This document shows positions 10,551 to 19,099 of a DNA stretch of 64,000 nucleotides, in pieces. This stretch comes from Phycisphaerae bacterium (lineage in GTDB: Bacteria > Planctomycetota > Phycisphaerae > WQYP01): assembly GCA_035548175.1 (NCBI GenBank), contig DASZTO010000053.1:8472-72471 (forward strand), given 5' to 3'. The notes below the pieces were generated by a model. It saw nothing but the letters and a program-made list of their open reading frames with translations, did no database searches and was not told the origin of the DNA. How positions within the stretch are numbered: the stretch's first letter is position 1; each line of letters starts with the position of its first letter. The position numbers and the translations under genes are program-made.

Positions 10551-12124
10551 AAGGCGGAATGGTCGGAATGATGGTTATCAGGGCGACTGGCGTGCGGCGG
10601 GGCATGAGCGGGAAGCGGCTTTGCGCGGGGTCGCTGGCGTTGGTCCTGGGGGCGGCGGCGGCGCTGCTGCCGGCGTGCAAGGTGAGTCCGGACTACAAGA
10701 GGCCGCCGCTGAATGTGCCGGGGGAATTCAAGTCTGCGACGACGATGTCGTCCTCGACGGAGCCGGCGTTCGGTCAGGATTGGTGGGTGGTGTTTGGAGA
10801 TGCGGAGCTGAACGCGCTGGAAGAGCGGGCGGTGTATGGGAACCAGAACGTGAAGGCGGCGATGGCGCGGGTGGCGGAGGCGCGGGCGGCGTTGAGGGTG
10901 ACGCGGAGCCAGTTTTATCCGGTGGTGACTGCGGATCCGTCGGTGACGCGATCGCGCGCGGGCGCCGGGCGCAGCGGCAGCGGTGTGACGTCGACGAACA
11001 TCCGGATACCGTTTGACGTGTCGTATGAGGTGGACATCTGGGGGCGGATATCGCGGAGCGTGGAGGCGGGCAAGGCGCAGTTGAAGGAGTTCGAGGCGGC
11101 GTTCGCGGTGGTGCTGCAGACGCTGGAGGCGGATGTGGCGTCGGATTATTTTTCGCTGCGTCTGCTGGATCGGCAGAGCGCGATTTTGACGCGCGAGATC
11201 GAGGAGTATCGGCGGCAGGAGAATCTGATCCAGCAGAAGGTGGATGCGCAGATCGCCAATTCGAAGCTGGATCTGGCGCAGGTGCAGTCGGTGCTGGAGA
11301 CGACGGTCACGCAGGAGGCGGACCTGCGGCGGCAGCGGGCGGAGTTTGAGCACGCGATCGCGGTGCTGCTGGGGGTTCCGCCGGCGGAGTTTTCGCTGGA
11401 GGTGCGGGAGCAGACGCTGGCGGCGCCGGGGATACCGGCGGGGCTGCCGGTGGATCTGTTGTATCGGCGGCCGGACGTGGCGGAGGCGGAGCAGGCGCTG
11501 ATCGCGGCGAACGCGAACGTGGGGGTGGCGATGGCGAATTTTTATCCGGTGGTGACGCTGACGGGGGCGGCGGGGTTTGAGTCGTTTGATTTGCAGCACG
11601 TGGCGAACTGGCAGAGCACGTTCTGGTCGCTGGGGCCGGACGTATCGATTCCGCTGTTCACCGGCGGGCGGCTGACGGGGCAGTTGCGGCAGGCCAAAGC
11701 GACGTATGATGAGATTCTGGCGGATTATCGGCAGGCGGTACTGACGGCGTTTCAGGATGTGGAGGACAACCTGTCGGACTTGCACCTGCGGGCGGAATCG
11801 GAGGCGGCGGCGGAGAAGGCGGTGGCGGCGGCGAGCGAGTATCGGCGGTTGTCGGACATCGAGTATCGGCAGGGAATCATCGATGCGTTGACGCTGATCG
11901 ATGCGGACCGGACGCTGCAACAGGCGGAGATCACGGAGGCGCAGATCGAGGCGGCGCGGCTGACGTCGACGGTGCTGTTGATCAAGAGTCTGGGCGGGGC
12001 GTGGAACGAGGCGGAGCCGACGCGGATGCCGGTGCCGTTTCCGCCGCCGACGGGGACGGGGCCGATGCCCGAGACGATGCCGTCGATGACGCGGCCGGCA
12101 AGCGCGCCGGCGATGGGGGGTTGA
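10547..12124 (+). CDS. Efflux outer-membrane factor lipoprotein (NodT/OprM/TolC family)
   Basis: ATG at 10547 overlaps the mdtC stop (ATGA). Lipoprotein signal LALVLGAAAALLPAC followed by typical OMF coiled-coil repeats (two repeats of the RLLDRQ../RRPDV.. pattern). An alternative start is at 10604. There is a Pro-rich C-terminal tail. Confidence 0.8.
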   Translation: MKGGMVGMMVIRATGVRRGMSGKRLCAGSLALVLGAAAALLPACKVSPDYKRPPLNVPGEFKSATTMSSSTEPAFGQDWWVVFGDAELNALEERAVYGNQNVKAAMARVAEARAALRVTRSQFYPVVTADPSVTRSRAGAGRSGSGVTSTNIRIPFDVSYEVDIWGRISRSVEAGKAQLKEFEAAFAVVLQTLEADVASDYFSLRLLDRQSAILTREIEEYRRQENLIQQKVDAQIANSKLDLAQVQSVLETTVTQEADLRRQRAEFEHAIAVLLGVPPAEFSLEVREQTLAAPGIPAGLPVDLLYRRPDVAEAEQALIAANANVGVAMANFYPVVTLTGAAGFESFDLQHVANWQSTFWSLGPDVSIPLFTGGRLTGQLRQAKATYDEILADYRQAVLTAFQDVEDNLSDLHLRAESEAAAEKAVAAASEYRRLSDIEYRQGIIDALTLIDADRTLQQAEITEAQIEAARLTSTVLLIKSLGGAWNEAEPTRMPVPFPPPTGTGPMPETMPSMTRPASAPAMGG

Positions 12125-12307
12125 GGGGACGGGGCGGCGGAGGTGTTGGCTGATAATTCGCGAGGGTCCGGGGAGTGCGGCGGCAATGGCAGAGGCGGGT
12201 GCGCGCGGGGGCTGGAGAGGGCGGGCGTGGGGGATAGTTCTTGCAAGGGGGGGGAGGGGCCGGTAGTCTTAGCGCATCCCATTCTGCATGTTGACAGGCA
12301 CTTGTGC

Positions 12308-13096
12308 ATGATCGAAGCCGTCCTATTTGATTTAGGCGACACCCTGATTGACTTTGGCGTTGGCCGGCGGGAGGCGGAGGTGCTGTTTCGTCGTGGCGCG
12401 CGGCTGACGTACGAGCACCTGGCGGCGCGGGGGTTGCGGGTGCCGAGTTTTGATGTGTATTTCACCGCGCATTACGGCCGGATGCGGCGGGCGTATGTGT
12501 GGTCAAAGGTGTCGCGGCGGGACTTTTCGTACGCGCGGGTGCTGGGGGCGGCGGCGCGGGCGCTGCGGTTGCCGTTGACGGATGGGGATTTGCACGATCT
12601 GGCGGGGCTGTGGTATCGGCCGATCTGTGCGACATCGCACACGGATCCGGGCGTGCGGCACATGCTGGAGCAGTTGCGTCGTGCGGGGACGAAGCTGGGG
12701 ATTGTGTCGAACACGCTGGTGCCGGCGCATTGCCTGGATCAGCATCTGGAGGAGGAGGGGCTGCTGGAGTATTTTCCGGTGCGGGTGTATTCGTCGGCGG
12801 TGCGGTATCGGAAGCCGCATGCGCGGATTTTCGAGATGGCGTTGGCGCAGATCGGGACGCCGGCGTCGCGGACGGTGTTCATCGGGGATTTGCTGGCGAC
12901 GGATATTTTCGGGGCGAAGCGTGCGGGGATGCGGACGATCTGGAAGCCGGCGCGGAACAAGCCGTTTGCGAAGGCGCCCGATGCGCCGCATCGGCGTGCG
13001 CCGGATGTGGTGATACCGAAGGTGACGCATTTGCCCGAGGCGCTGCGGCAGTTCGGGTGGCGGCCGACGCGTGTGCGGGAGACGGCGGTGGCGTGA
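12308..13096 (+). CDS. HAD-superfamily hydrolase (haloacid dehalogenase-like phosphatase)
   Basis: Motif I MIEAVLFDLGDTLIDFG (DxD) at the proposed N-terminus. Motif IV FIGDLLATDIFGAKRAGMRTIW. The ORF-track start at 12143 is likely an over-extension. Confidence 0.75.
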   Translation: MIEAVLFDLGDTLIDFGVGRREAEVLFRRGARLTYEHLAARGLRVPSFDVYFTAHYGRMRRAYVWSKVSRRDFSYARVLGAAARALRLPLTDGDLHDLAGLWYRPICATSHTDPGVRHMLEQLRRAGTKLGIVSNTLVPAHCLDQHLEEEGLLEYFPVRVYSSAVRYRKPHARIFEMALAQIGTPASRTVFIGDLLATDIFGAKRAGMRTIWKPARNKPFAKAPDAPHRRAPDVVIPKVTHLPEALRQFGWRPTRVRETAVA

Positions 13097-13124
13097 GGGG
13101 AAGTGTCCATAACGGGCGGGGACC

Positions 13125-13340
13125 GGCACGGACGACGTAAATGGCCACGAAAAGCATGGCGCGGCGAGGGCCGCAACCAAAAGAGGCGGCGCTGTGCTTG
13201 GGCGAGCGTCCCGGGGTCTTCAACGCGGAGGGCGCGGAGAACGCGGAGGGCGCGGAGGGACGACGATGGCCTCCCCCCACCCCGAGACGACGAGGTAAAG
13301 TGGCCGCGAAAGGCACGAAAAACACGAAAAGTTGTGATCT
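13125..13340. repeat. Low-GC intergenic block with repeated GACGACG(A)(G)TAAATGGCCACGAAAAGCA-type motifs and four tandem GCGGAGRRC 9-mers
   Basis: Near-identical motifs at ~13128-13160 and ~13283-13330 (aaatggccacgaaaagca / aagtggccgcgaaaggcacgaaaaacacgaaaag), each followed by gttgtgat. The same motif recurs at 14920-15010 on the other side of the FGGY kinase gene. The tandem 9-mers lie at 13215-13260. Confidence 0.45.
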
Positions 13341-13550
13341 GAAAATCTTCTTAGGGCGCGAAGACTTGGCGCGATAGTCGTACGAAAAGCACGCAACGGG
13401 CGATTGGTGGCGGGGTGAAGTAGATGTTTCACGTCGGTGGATTCGCGCTTCACGGGTCCGGTGAAGCGTGCGGATTTGGATGGGGTGGTGTTGGCGATTT
13501 ACTGGCCGCTGGGGCGGGTGCGGTTTTTTCGGTAGCGGCGAGCGGTGGGA

Positions 13551-14906
13551 TCAGAGGGATTCGGCGAGGTGGACGAGGCCGCGGATGCCGTCGCCGGGGA
13601 GGCGGGTAAAGGTGTGGTGTTGGCGGGGGGAATTCCAGGCGGCGTGCATGGCAGCGGCGAGATCGGAGGCGCCGCCCATTTCGTAGACGCGCTTCTGGAG
13701 GGGGTGGAGGTTGGCGAGCATTTCGATGTTGTGGCGGCTTTCGGAGAGGAGGCCGCGGAGGATGGCCTGGAGAAACTGGTCGCGCGTGGCGCTCAGGGTG
13801 ATGCGATCGAAGGCGGCGCCGATGGGGGCGTCGGGAGCGGGGATGGCGGCGCGGTCGCCGGCGAAGGCGGGGAGGCAGCGCGGGGCGAGGGGATCGGGCG
13901 GAGAGGAGGCGGCGGTGCGGCAGGCGCGGCGGAGGGCGGCGAACCATTGGGGGTCGGAGAGATCGCGGAACAATTCGCGGCGGGCCCAGGCGGTGGCGCT
14001 GCCGGCGGCGGCGATGGTGCGGACGGCGAGCCAGGTGGCGCGGGTGGCGAAGGGTCCGTTGGGACGTCCGACGCCGACGGGGCGGGTGAGGATGCCCTCG
14101 GCGGGTGCGGGCGAGGTGAGCGAGAGGGCGAGGACGTCGGTGGAGCCGGCGTTGTGGGAGAGTTGGCCGGGGCGCATGGGGGTTTGGATGACGGCGGCGG
14201 AGGTATCGACGAAGCCGCCGGTGACGGGGGTGCCGGGGGTGAGACCGAGGCGGCGGGCGGCGGCGGGGGTGAGGCGGCCGGAGATTTCGTCGGCCCAGGC
14301 GAGGCGCGGGAGAGAGGCGGGGCGGATGCCGACGGCATGGCAGGCGGCGGGATCCCAGGAGAAATCGGTAATGCGGCAGAGGCCCAAGAAGACGGCGTTG
14401 GAAGGATCGATGACCCATTGGCCGGTGAGGTGGTGGGCGATGAGGCTGGAGAGTTGTCCGGCGCGGGCGTCATTTTTGAGGAGGGCGGGTTGATGTTGGG
14501 CGAGCCAGGCGAGGGTGGAGGCGCCGATGCCGCCGGGATAGGGGAGGTTGCCGAGGCGTGAGAGCCAGGTGCGTTTGGGGAGGCGGGCGAGGAGTTGGCG
14601 GGCGGTGTCGGTGGAGCGGCGGTCCTGGTGGGTGATGATGGGGGTGCGCGGGCGGCCGGCGGGGTCGGTGACGATGACGCCGCTGGAGAAGGTGCCGTAG
14701 GCGATGATGTCGACAGCCCCCCTGCCGGCGGTGGCTTCGCGGGCGGCTTTGGCGAGGGCGCTGAGGAGGCGCGTGGGATCGACCTCGACGCGCGGGCCAT
14801 CGAAATGGGTGGGGTAGGCGGCCTTGGCGCGGGCGGCGAAGCGGCAGCCATCCCAGTAGCCGGCTTTGACGGAGGAGGAACCGCTGTCGAGGGCGAGGAT
14901 GCGCAT
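13551..14906 (-). CDS. FGGY-family carbohydrate kinase (xylulokinase/glycerol kinase-like)
   Basis: N-terminal MRILALDSGSSSVKAGYWD actin-like ATPase phosphate-1 motif. Overall two-domain FGGY layout with GGGASD-like motif (YEMGGASDLAA) near the C-terminus. Confidence 0.8.
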   Translation of the reverse strand: MRILALDSGSSSVKAGYWDGCRFAARAKAAYPTHFDGPRVEVDPTRLLSALAKAAREATAGRGAVDIIAYGTFSSGVIVTDPAGRPRTPIITHQDRRSTDTARQLLARLPKRTWLSRLGNLPYPGGIGASTLAWLAQHQPALLKNDARAGQLSSLIAHHLTGQWVIDPSNAVFLGLCRITDFSWDPAACHAVGIRPASLPRLAWADEISGRLTPAAARRLGLTPGTPVTGGFVDTSAAVIQTPMRPGQLSHNAGSTDVLALSLTSPAPAEGILTRPVGVGRPNGPFATRATWLAVRTIAAAGSATAWARRELFRDLSDPQWFAALRRACRTAASSPPDPLAPRCLPAFAGDRAAIPAPDAPIGAAFDRITLSATRDQFLQAILRGLLSESRHNIEMLANLHPLQKRVYEMGGASDLAAAMHAAWNSPRQHHTFTRLPGDGIRGLVHLAESL

Positions 14907-14917
14907 GGTTGCTCAGC

Positions 14918-15010
14918 GACGGTAAATAGCCACGAAAAACACGCAAGACACGAAAAGACGACGGGGACTTTCCACAAATGGCCACAAATGCGCACGAATG
15001 CCGTGTGTTG
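14918..15010. repeat. Second copy of the GGCCACGAAAA-type A-rich repeat block (right flank of the FGGY kinase gene)
   Basis: cggtaaatagccacgaaaaacacgcaagacacgaaaagacgac ... acaaatggccacaaatgcgcacgaatgcc ... gttgtgat, in the same orientation as the copies at 13128 and 13283. The local GC is far below the window average. Confidence 0.45.
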
Positions 15011-15148
15011 TGATGCGCGTTGCGGTCGCGCGGCGCCTTTCCGGAAAATTGGTTGCTTTTGGTACTTTTTTCTCTCGACAGTTGGGACGGGCGAACTGTG
15101 AAAACCTAGTTGCAGTGATTTGCGTAGATTTGTGGATAATTTTCGTCG

Positions 15149-15577
15149 TCAGGGGGATGATTTGATGGGGGCGGGTCCGGGTTCGACGTTGCTCGGGGAG
15201 ATGCCGGGGGGCAGGACGCTGGAGAAGCGGGCGGATTCGGCGAACATCTGGTCGCCGCGCATGTGACCTTCGACATGGACGGGCATGTAGCGATCGAGTT
15301 TGTCGAGGGTGGTGGGATGATTGTCGAGATAGAACCTGGTGTTGACGTCGTATTTGACCTCGACGATGTTGGGGATGGCGGCTTGGCCGCCGATGCTTTT
15401 GGGGTTGTTATTTTCGCTGATGATCATGGTGGAGGTGGTGAAGCGGAGGCTGATGATGTTGCCGGAGAAGGAGCGGTAGTCAGGATCGTTGGGGCGGGCG
15501 GAGGAGGCGGCGTGGTGGGAGGCGCAGGCGGCGAGGAGGAGGGGTAAGGCGAGGAGCGCGAGAGCGGGTCGGGGCAT
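15149..15577 (-). CDS. Small secreted lipoprotein, unknown function
   Basis: Internal ATG at 15577 gives MPRPALALLALPLLLAACASHH (lipobox LAAC). This start overlaps the miaA stop by 1 nt (TGATG). The longer ORF-track version (to 15985) would overlap miaA by 400 nt and is rejected. Confidence 0.55.
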   Translation of the reverse strand: MPRPALALLALPLLLAACASHHAASSARPNDPDYRSFSGNIISLRFTTSTMIISENNNPKSIGGQAAIPNIVEVKYDVNTRFYLDNHPTTLDKLDRYMPVHVEGHMRGDQMFAESARFSSVLPPGISPSNVEPGPAPIKSSP

Positions 15578-16521
15578 CAGGGTTCTCCTGCGAGAGGGAG
15601 GGCTCGTTCGAGAAGCGCGTCTGTGGAGGCATCTTCGGGAGCGTCGAGCCAGTGTACAGCGCTTTGCGCCGGCGGCCAGCGTTTGAGCCAGGTGCGTTGC
15701 ATTTTGGCGAGGTGGCGGGTTTGGATTTTGATTTGCTCGACGGCGTCTTCGAGAGCTTGCGGCGTCTGGCGGCCGGCGAAGTAGGCGAGGAGTTCCTTGT
15801 AGCCGACGGCGCTGGCGGCTTCGGGAGAAAAGCCGCGCGGGTCCTGGCGGAGGCGGTCGACTTCCTCGAGCAGGCCGGAAGCCATCATGGTTTTGACGCG
15901 GGCGTTGATGCGGCGGTTGAGGGCGTCCTTGTCGCGGCGGATGCCGAGGTAGCGGGCGCGGAGTTGCGGGTGTTCGGCGGCCCACTGGGTTTGCAGGGTG
16001 GTGATGGGGGTGCCGGTGAGCTGATAAACCTCGAGGGCGCGGACGATGCGGCGGAGGTCGTTGGGGTGGATGCGCGTGGCGGCGGCGGGATCGATGGAGG
16101 CGAGTTGCTGGTGCAGAGCGGCGCTGCCTTCGGTGTGGGCGCGGGCGTGGAGGGTGGCGCGGATGTGGGGATCGGCGCTGGGGCCTTCGAAGAGGCCTTC
16201 GATGAGGGCGCGGAGGTAGAGGATGGTGCCGCCGATGAGGATGAGGGGGCGGTTTTCTCTTGCGGCGGCATCGATGTGCGGGCGGGCTTCGGCGGCGAAG
16301 CGGGCGGCGGAGTAGGTATCCCAGGGGTCGGCGACGTCGATCATGAGGTGGGGGATGCGGGCGCGGGTTTCGGGGGAGGGCTTGGCGGTGCCGATGTCCA
16401 TGCCGCGGTAGACCTGCATGGAATCGACGGCGAGGAGTATGGCGCCGGTGCGCGCGGCGAGGGCTTCGGCGAGGTCGGACTTGCCGGAGGCGGTGCAGCC
16501 GAGGATGACGAGGGGGGGCAT
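15577..16521 (-). CDS. miaA: tRNA dimethylallyltransferase
   Basis: P-loop LVILGCTASGKSDLAEALA, LLAVDSMQVYRGMDIGTAKP, and typical MiaA length and motifs. Confidence 0.9.
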   Translation of the reverse strand: MPPLVILGCTASGKSDLAEALAARTGAILLAVDSMQVYRGMDIGTAKPSPETRARIPHLMIDVADPWDTYSAARFAAEARPHIDAAARENRPLILIGGTILYLRALIEGLFEGPSADPHIRATLHARAHTEGSAALHQQLASIDPAAATRIHPNDLRRIVRALEVYQLTGTPITTLQTQWAAEHPQLRARYLGIRRDKDALNRRINARVKTMMASGLLEEVDRLRQDPRGFSPEAASAVGYKELLAYFAGRQTPQALEDAVEQIKIQTRHLAKMQRTWLKRWPPAQSAVHWLDAPEDASTDALLERALPLAGEP

Positions 16522-16530
16522 GGGAGGGGC

Positions 16531-16565
16531 CAGTAGTCAGTAGTCAGAAGTCAGAAGTCAGGGGT
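16531..16565. repeat. Heptanucleotide tandem repeat (CAGWAGT)x5 in the miaA / histidine-kinase divergent promoter region
   Basis: cagtagt cagtagt cagaagt cagaagt caggggt read directly from the sequence. The same AGTCAGA unit recurs inside mutS at 21069-21100. Confidence 0.7.
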
Positions 16566-16567
16566 CG

Positions 16568-19030
16568 GTGCGCTGGTGCGACACGCGTGGGATGGAACGT
16601 ATACTAGGGGTACAGTTGAGTAAAGCGTCGATGGAGCAGGGTGCAGGTATGGCGTCGGATTCGTTGTCGGAAGTGCTGCGCGAGGTGATGGCGCATACGT
16701 CGGCGGCGATGGCGGTGATCGACGGGGGGAGGCAGCGTTTTCGGTGGTGCAATGCGGCGTATCAGCGGGAACTGGAGGAGCCCTACCGGACGCGCGGGGT
16801 GGCGGGGGCGGCGTATACGGATGTGTTCCCGGAGGCGCGGAAGGTGGGGCTGGAGGCGAATCTGCTGCGGGTGATCGGGGAGCGGTGCACGCTGACGTTT
16901 CCGGAATTTGAATATGGGAGCGCGTCCGGGGGAGTGCGGTACTGGCGCGTGGAGATGTCGCCGCTGGCGGGGCCGGAGGAGGCGGGGCCGGCGGATGTGT
17001 TGATTCAGGCGTATGAGGTGACGGAAGCGGTGCGGTCGCGGCGGGAGGCATTGGCGCTGGCGGAGCAGCTTCAGGCGTCGAACGAGCGGTGGGAACTGGC
17101 GTTGCGGGGGACGCAGGATGGGCTGTGGGACTGGGACGTGCGGAGGGATGAGGTGTACTGGTCGCCGCGGGCGAAGGAGATGGTGGGGTATGGCGCGCAG
17201 GAGATCGCGACGCGGGAGGCGGTGCGGGAATTGATGCATCCTGAGGACCGGGAAGCGACCTGGGGAAAGGTGGTGGCGCAGCTGGAGGGGAAGGGGGATT
17301 TCCTGGAGGTGGAATATCGGCTGCGGCACAAGGCGGGGGGCTACCGGTGGGTGCTGGCGCGGGGGCTGATCGTGCGCGACCAGGCGGGCAGGGCGATGCG
17401 GGTGGTGGGGTCTCACCGGGACGTGACCCAGCGGCGGGAGATGGAGGACGATCTGCGGTCGAACGAAGGGCGTCTGCAGGTGGCGCTGGAGGCGGCGAAG
17501 CTGGGGTTGTGGGAGGTGGATTTTGCGACCGGGGCGGTGGCGGAATCGGAGGCGATGCTGAAGCTCTTTGGGGTTCCGGCGGGCAAGCGGCACGGGCATG
17601 CGTCGGAGTGGTCGCAGTATTTTGATCCGGCGGATTTGGGGCCGCTGCAGGAGGCCTATTTCGCGGCGGTGGCGGGGGCGGGGGATTTCACGGCGGAGAC
17701 GCGACTGCGCGGGGCGGACGGCGTGACGCGCTGGGTGTCGGGGCGGGGGCGGGTGATCCGCGGACCCGGCGGCGCGCCGCTGCGGATGGTGGGCGTTTGT
17801 TCGGAGATCACGGCGCAGCGGCAGGCGCAGGAGGAACTGGAGAAGGCGAAAGATGAGGCGGAGGCGGCGAATCTGGCGAAGGATCGGTTCCTGGCGGTGC
17901 TGTCGCATGAACTGCGCACGCCGCTGACGCCGGTGGTGATCACGCTCGCGGCGCTGGAGAACGATGGCACGCTGCCGGAGGGAGTGCGGCAGGATGTGGG
18001 GATGATCCGGCGGAACATCGATCTGGAAACGCAGTTGATCGACGATCTGCTGGATGTGACGCGGATCGCCAATGGAAAGCTGCGGTTGAGCCCGCGGGCG
18101 GTGAAGGTGCACGAGCTGCTGGAGCATGTCTGCACGATCTGCGCGGCGGATGCACGGGCGAAGGGGATCAGCCTCGCGTGTCGGCTGGAGGCGGAGCGGG
18201 ACCTGGTGGAGGCGGATCCGGGGCGTCTGGAGCAGGTGTTCTGGAATCTGGTGAAGAACGCGATCAAGTTCACGCCGGGGGGCGGCCAGGTGGAATTGCT
18301 CACGCGGCAGGAGGAGGAGGCGGAGAGTGCGTGGCTGCGGGTGAGCGTGCGCGACACGGGGGTGGGCATTGTGCCGGAGGTGAAGGAGCGGATTTTCAAT
18401 GCGTTCGAGCAGGGGGAGCAGACGGTGACGCGGACGTTCGGAGGGTTGGGACTGGGGCTGGCGATTTCCAAGGCGATCGTGGAGCTGCACGGGGGAACGA
18501 TCGGTGTGGAGAGCGAGGGGAAAGGGAAGGGGGCAACGTTTCATGTGATGCTGCCGTTGAAGGCGCAGGTGCGGGACGTGGACGAGGCGGCGCGGGGCGC
18601 GGACAGGTCGCGCGGGGCAGGCGTGGATGGCAAGGGGCTGCGGATTCTGCTGGTGGACGATCATGTGGACACGCTGCGGGTGACGGAGCGTCTGCTGGGG
18701 GCGCTGGGGATGCGGGTGAGCAAGGCGGCGACGATGCGCGAGGCGGTGGCGGCGGCGGAGGGTGAGCCGTTCGATCTGCTGATTTCGGACATCGGGCTGC
18801 CGGACGGATCGGGGCTGGAGCTGCTGGGGCAGGTGCGGCGGGTGCAACCGGGGCTGCCGGCCATTGCGCTGAGCGGATTCGGGATGGAAGCGGACATGGA
18901 GCGGAGCCTGGAGGCGGGGTTTCGGGCGCACCTGACCAAGCCGGTGGAACCGGAGGAATTGGAGCGGGCGATACGGGAAGCGGTTGAGGGGGAAAGGCGA
19001 AACGCAAGAGTCAACACGCAAAGCGGGTGA
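16568..19030 (+). CDS. Hybrid sensor histidine kinase with PAS domains and C-terminal receiver domain
   Basis: H-box LSHELRTPLTPV. HATPase G-boxes (RDTGVGI, GGLGLGLAISKAIVELHGGTI). Receiver LRILLVDDHVD...LLISDIGLPDGSG. N-terminal PAS repeats (WDWDV..., LWEVDF...). Confidence 0.85.
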   Translation: MRWCDTRGMERILGVQLSKASMEQGAGMASDSLSEVLREVMAHTSAAMAVIDGGRQRFRWCNAAYQRELEEPYRTRGVAGAAYTDVFPEARKVGLEANLLRVIGERCTLTFPEFEYGSASGGVRYWRVEMSPLAGPEEAGPADVLIQAYEVTEAVRSRREALALAEQLQASNERWELALRGTQDGLWDWDVRRDEVYWSPRAKEMVGYGAQEIATREAVRELMHPEDREATWGKVVAQLEGKGDFLEVEYRLRHKAGGYRWVLARGLIVRDQAGRAMRVVGSHRDVTQRREMEDDLRSNEGRLQVALEAAKLGLWEVDFATGAVAESEAMLKLFGVPAGKRHGHASEWSQYFDPADLGPLQEAYFAAVAGAGDFTAETRLRGADGVTRWVSGRGRVIRGPGGAPLRMVGVCSEITAQRQAQEELEKAKDEAEAANLAKDRFLAVLSHELRTPLTPVVITLAALENDGTLPEGVRQDVGMIRRNIDLETQLIDDLLDVTRIANGKLRLSPRAVKVHELLEHVCTICAADARAKGISLACRLEAERDLVEADPGRLEQVFWNLVKNAIKFTPGGGQVELLTRQEEEAESAWLRVSVRDTGVGIVPEVKERIFNAFEQGEQTVTRTFGGLGLGLAISKAIVELHGGTIGVESEGKGKGATFHVMLPLKAQVRDVDEAARGADRSRGAGVDGKGLRILLVDDHVDTLRVTERLLGALGMRVSKAATMREAVAAAEGEPFDLLISDIGLPDGSGLELLGQVRRVQPGLPAIALSGFGMEADMERSLEAGFRAHLTKPVEPEELERAIREAVEGERRNARVNTQSG

Positions 19031-19099
19031 TGGCGAGGGACCTGGGGCGGGGGCGTTGCTATGGCGGGGCGGAAGGCCCAAACCGTATACTCTCCGCCT

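Noticed and set aside
12285-12300. TTGACA hexamer just before the HAD start as a -35 box
   Set aside because: It is only 13 nt from the start codon, so a matching -10 would fall inside the ORF. Probably coincidental.
13141-13377. 78-aa ORF encoding NAEGAENAEGAEG
   Set aside because: It lies in a repeat-rich low-GC spacer. The periodicity comes from the 9-mer DNA repeat and there is no RBS, so it is more likely non-coding.
13450-14995. Several overlapping 300-450 aa ORFs on both strands around the FGGY kinase
   Set aside because: Only the minus-strand frame 13551-14906 has kinase motifs. The others are P/R/A-rich mirror frames.
15149-15985. Long (278 aa) version of the lipoprotein ORF
   Set aside because: It would overlap miaA by ~400 nt on the same strand and its extension is R/P-rich. 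The internal ATG at 15577 gives a clean lipoprotein signal.
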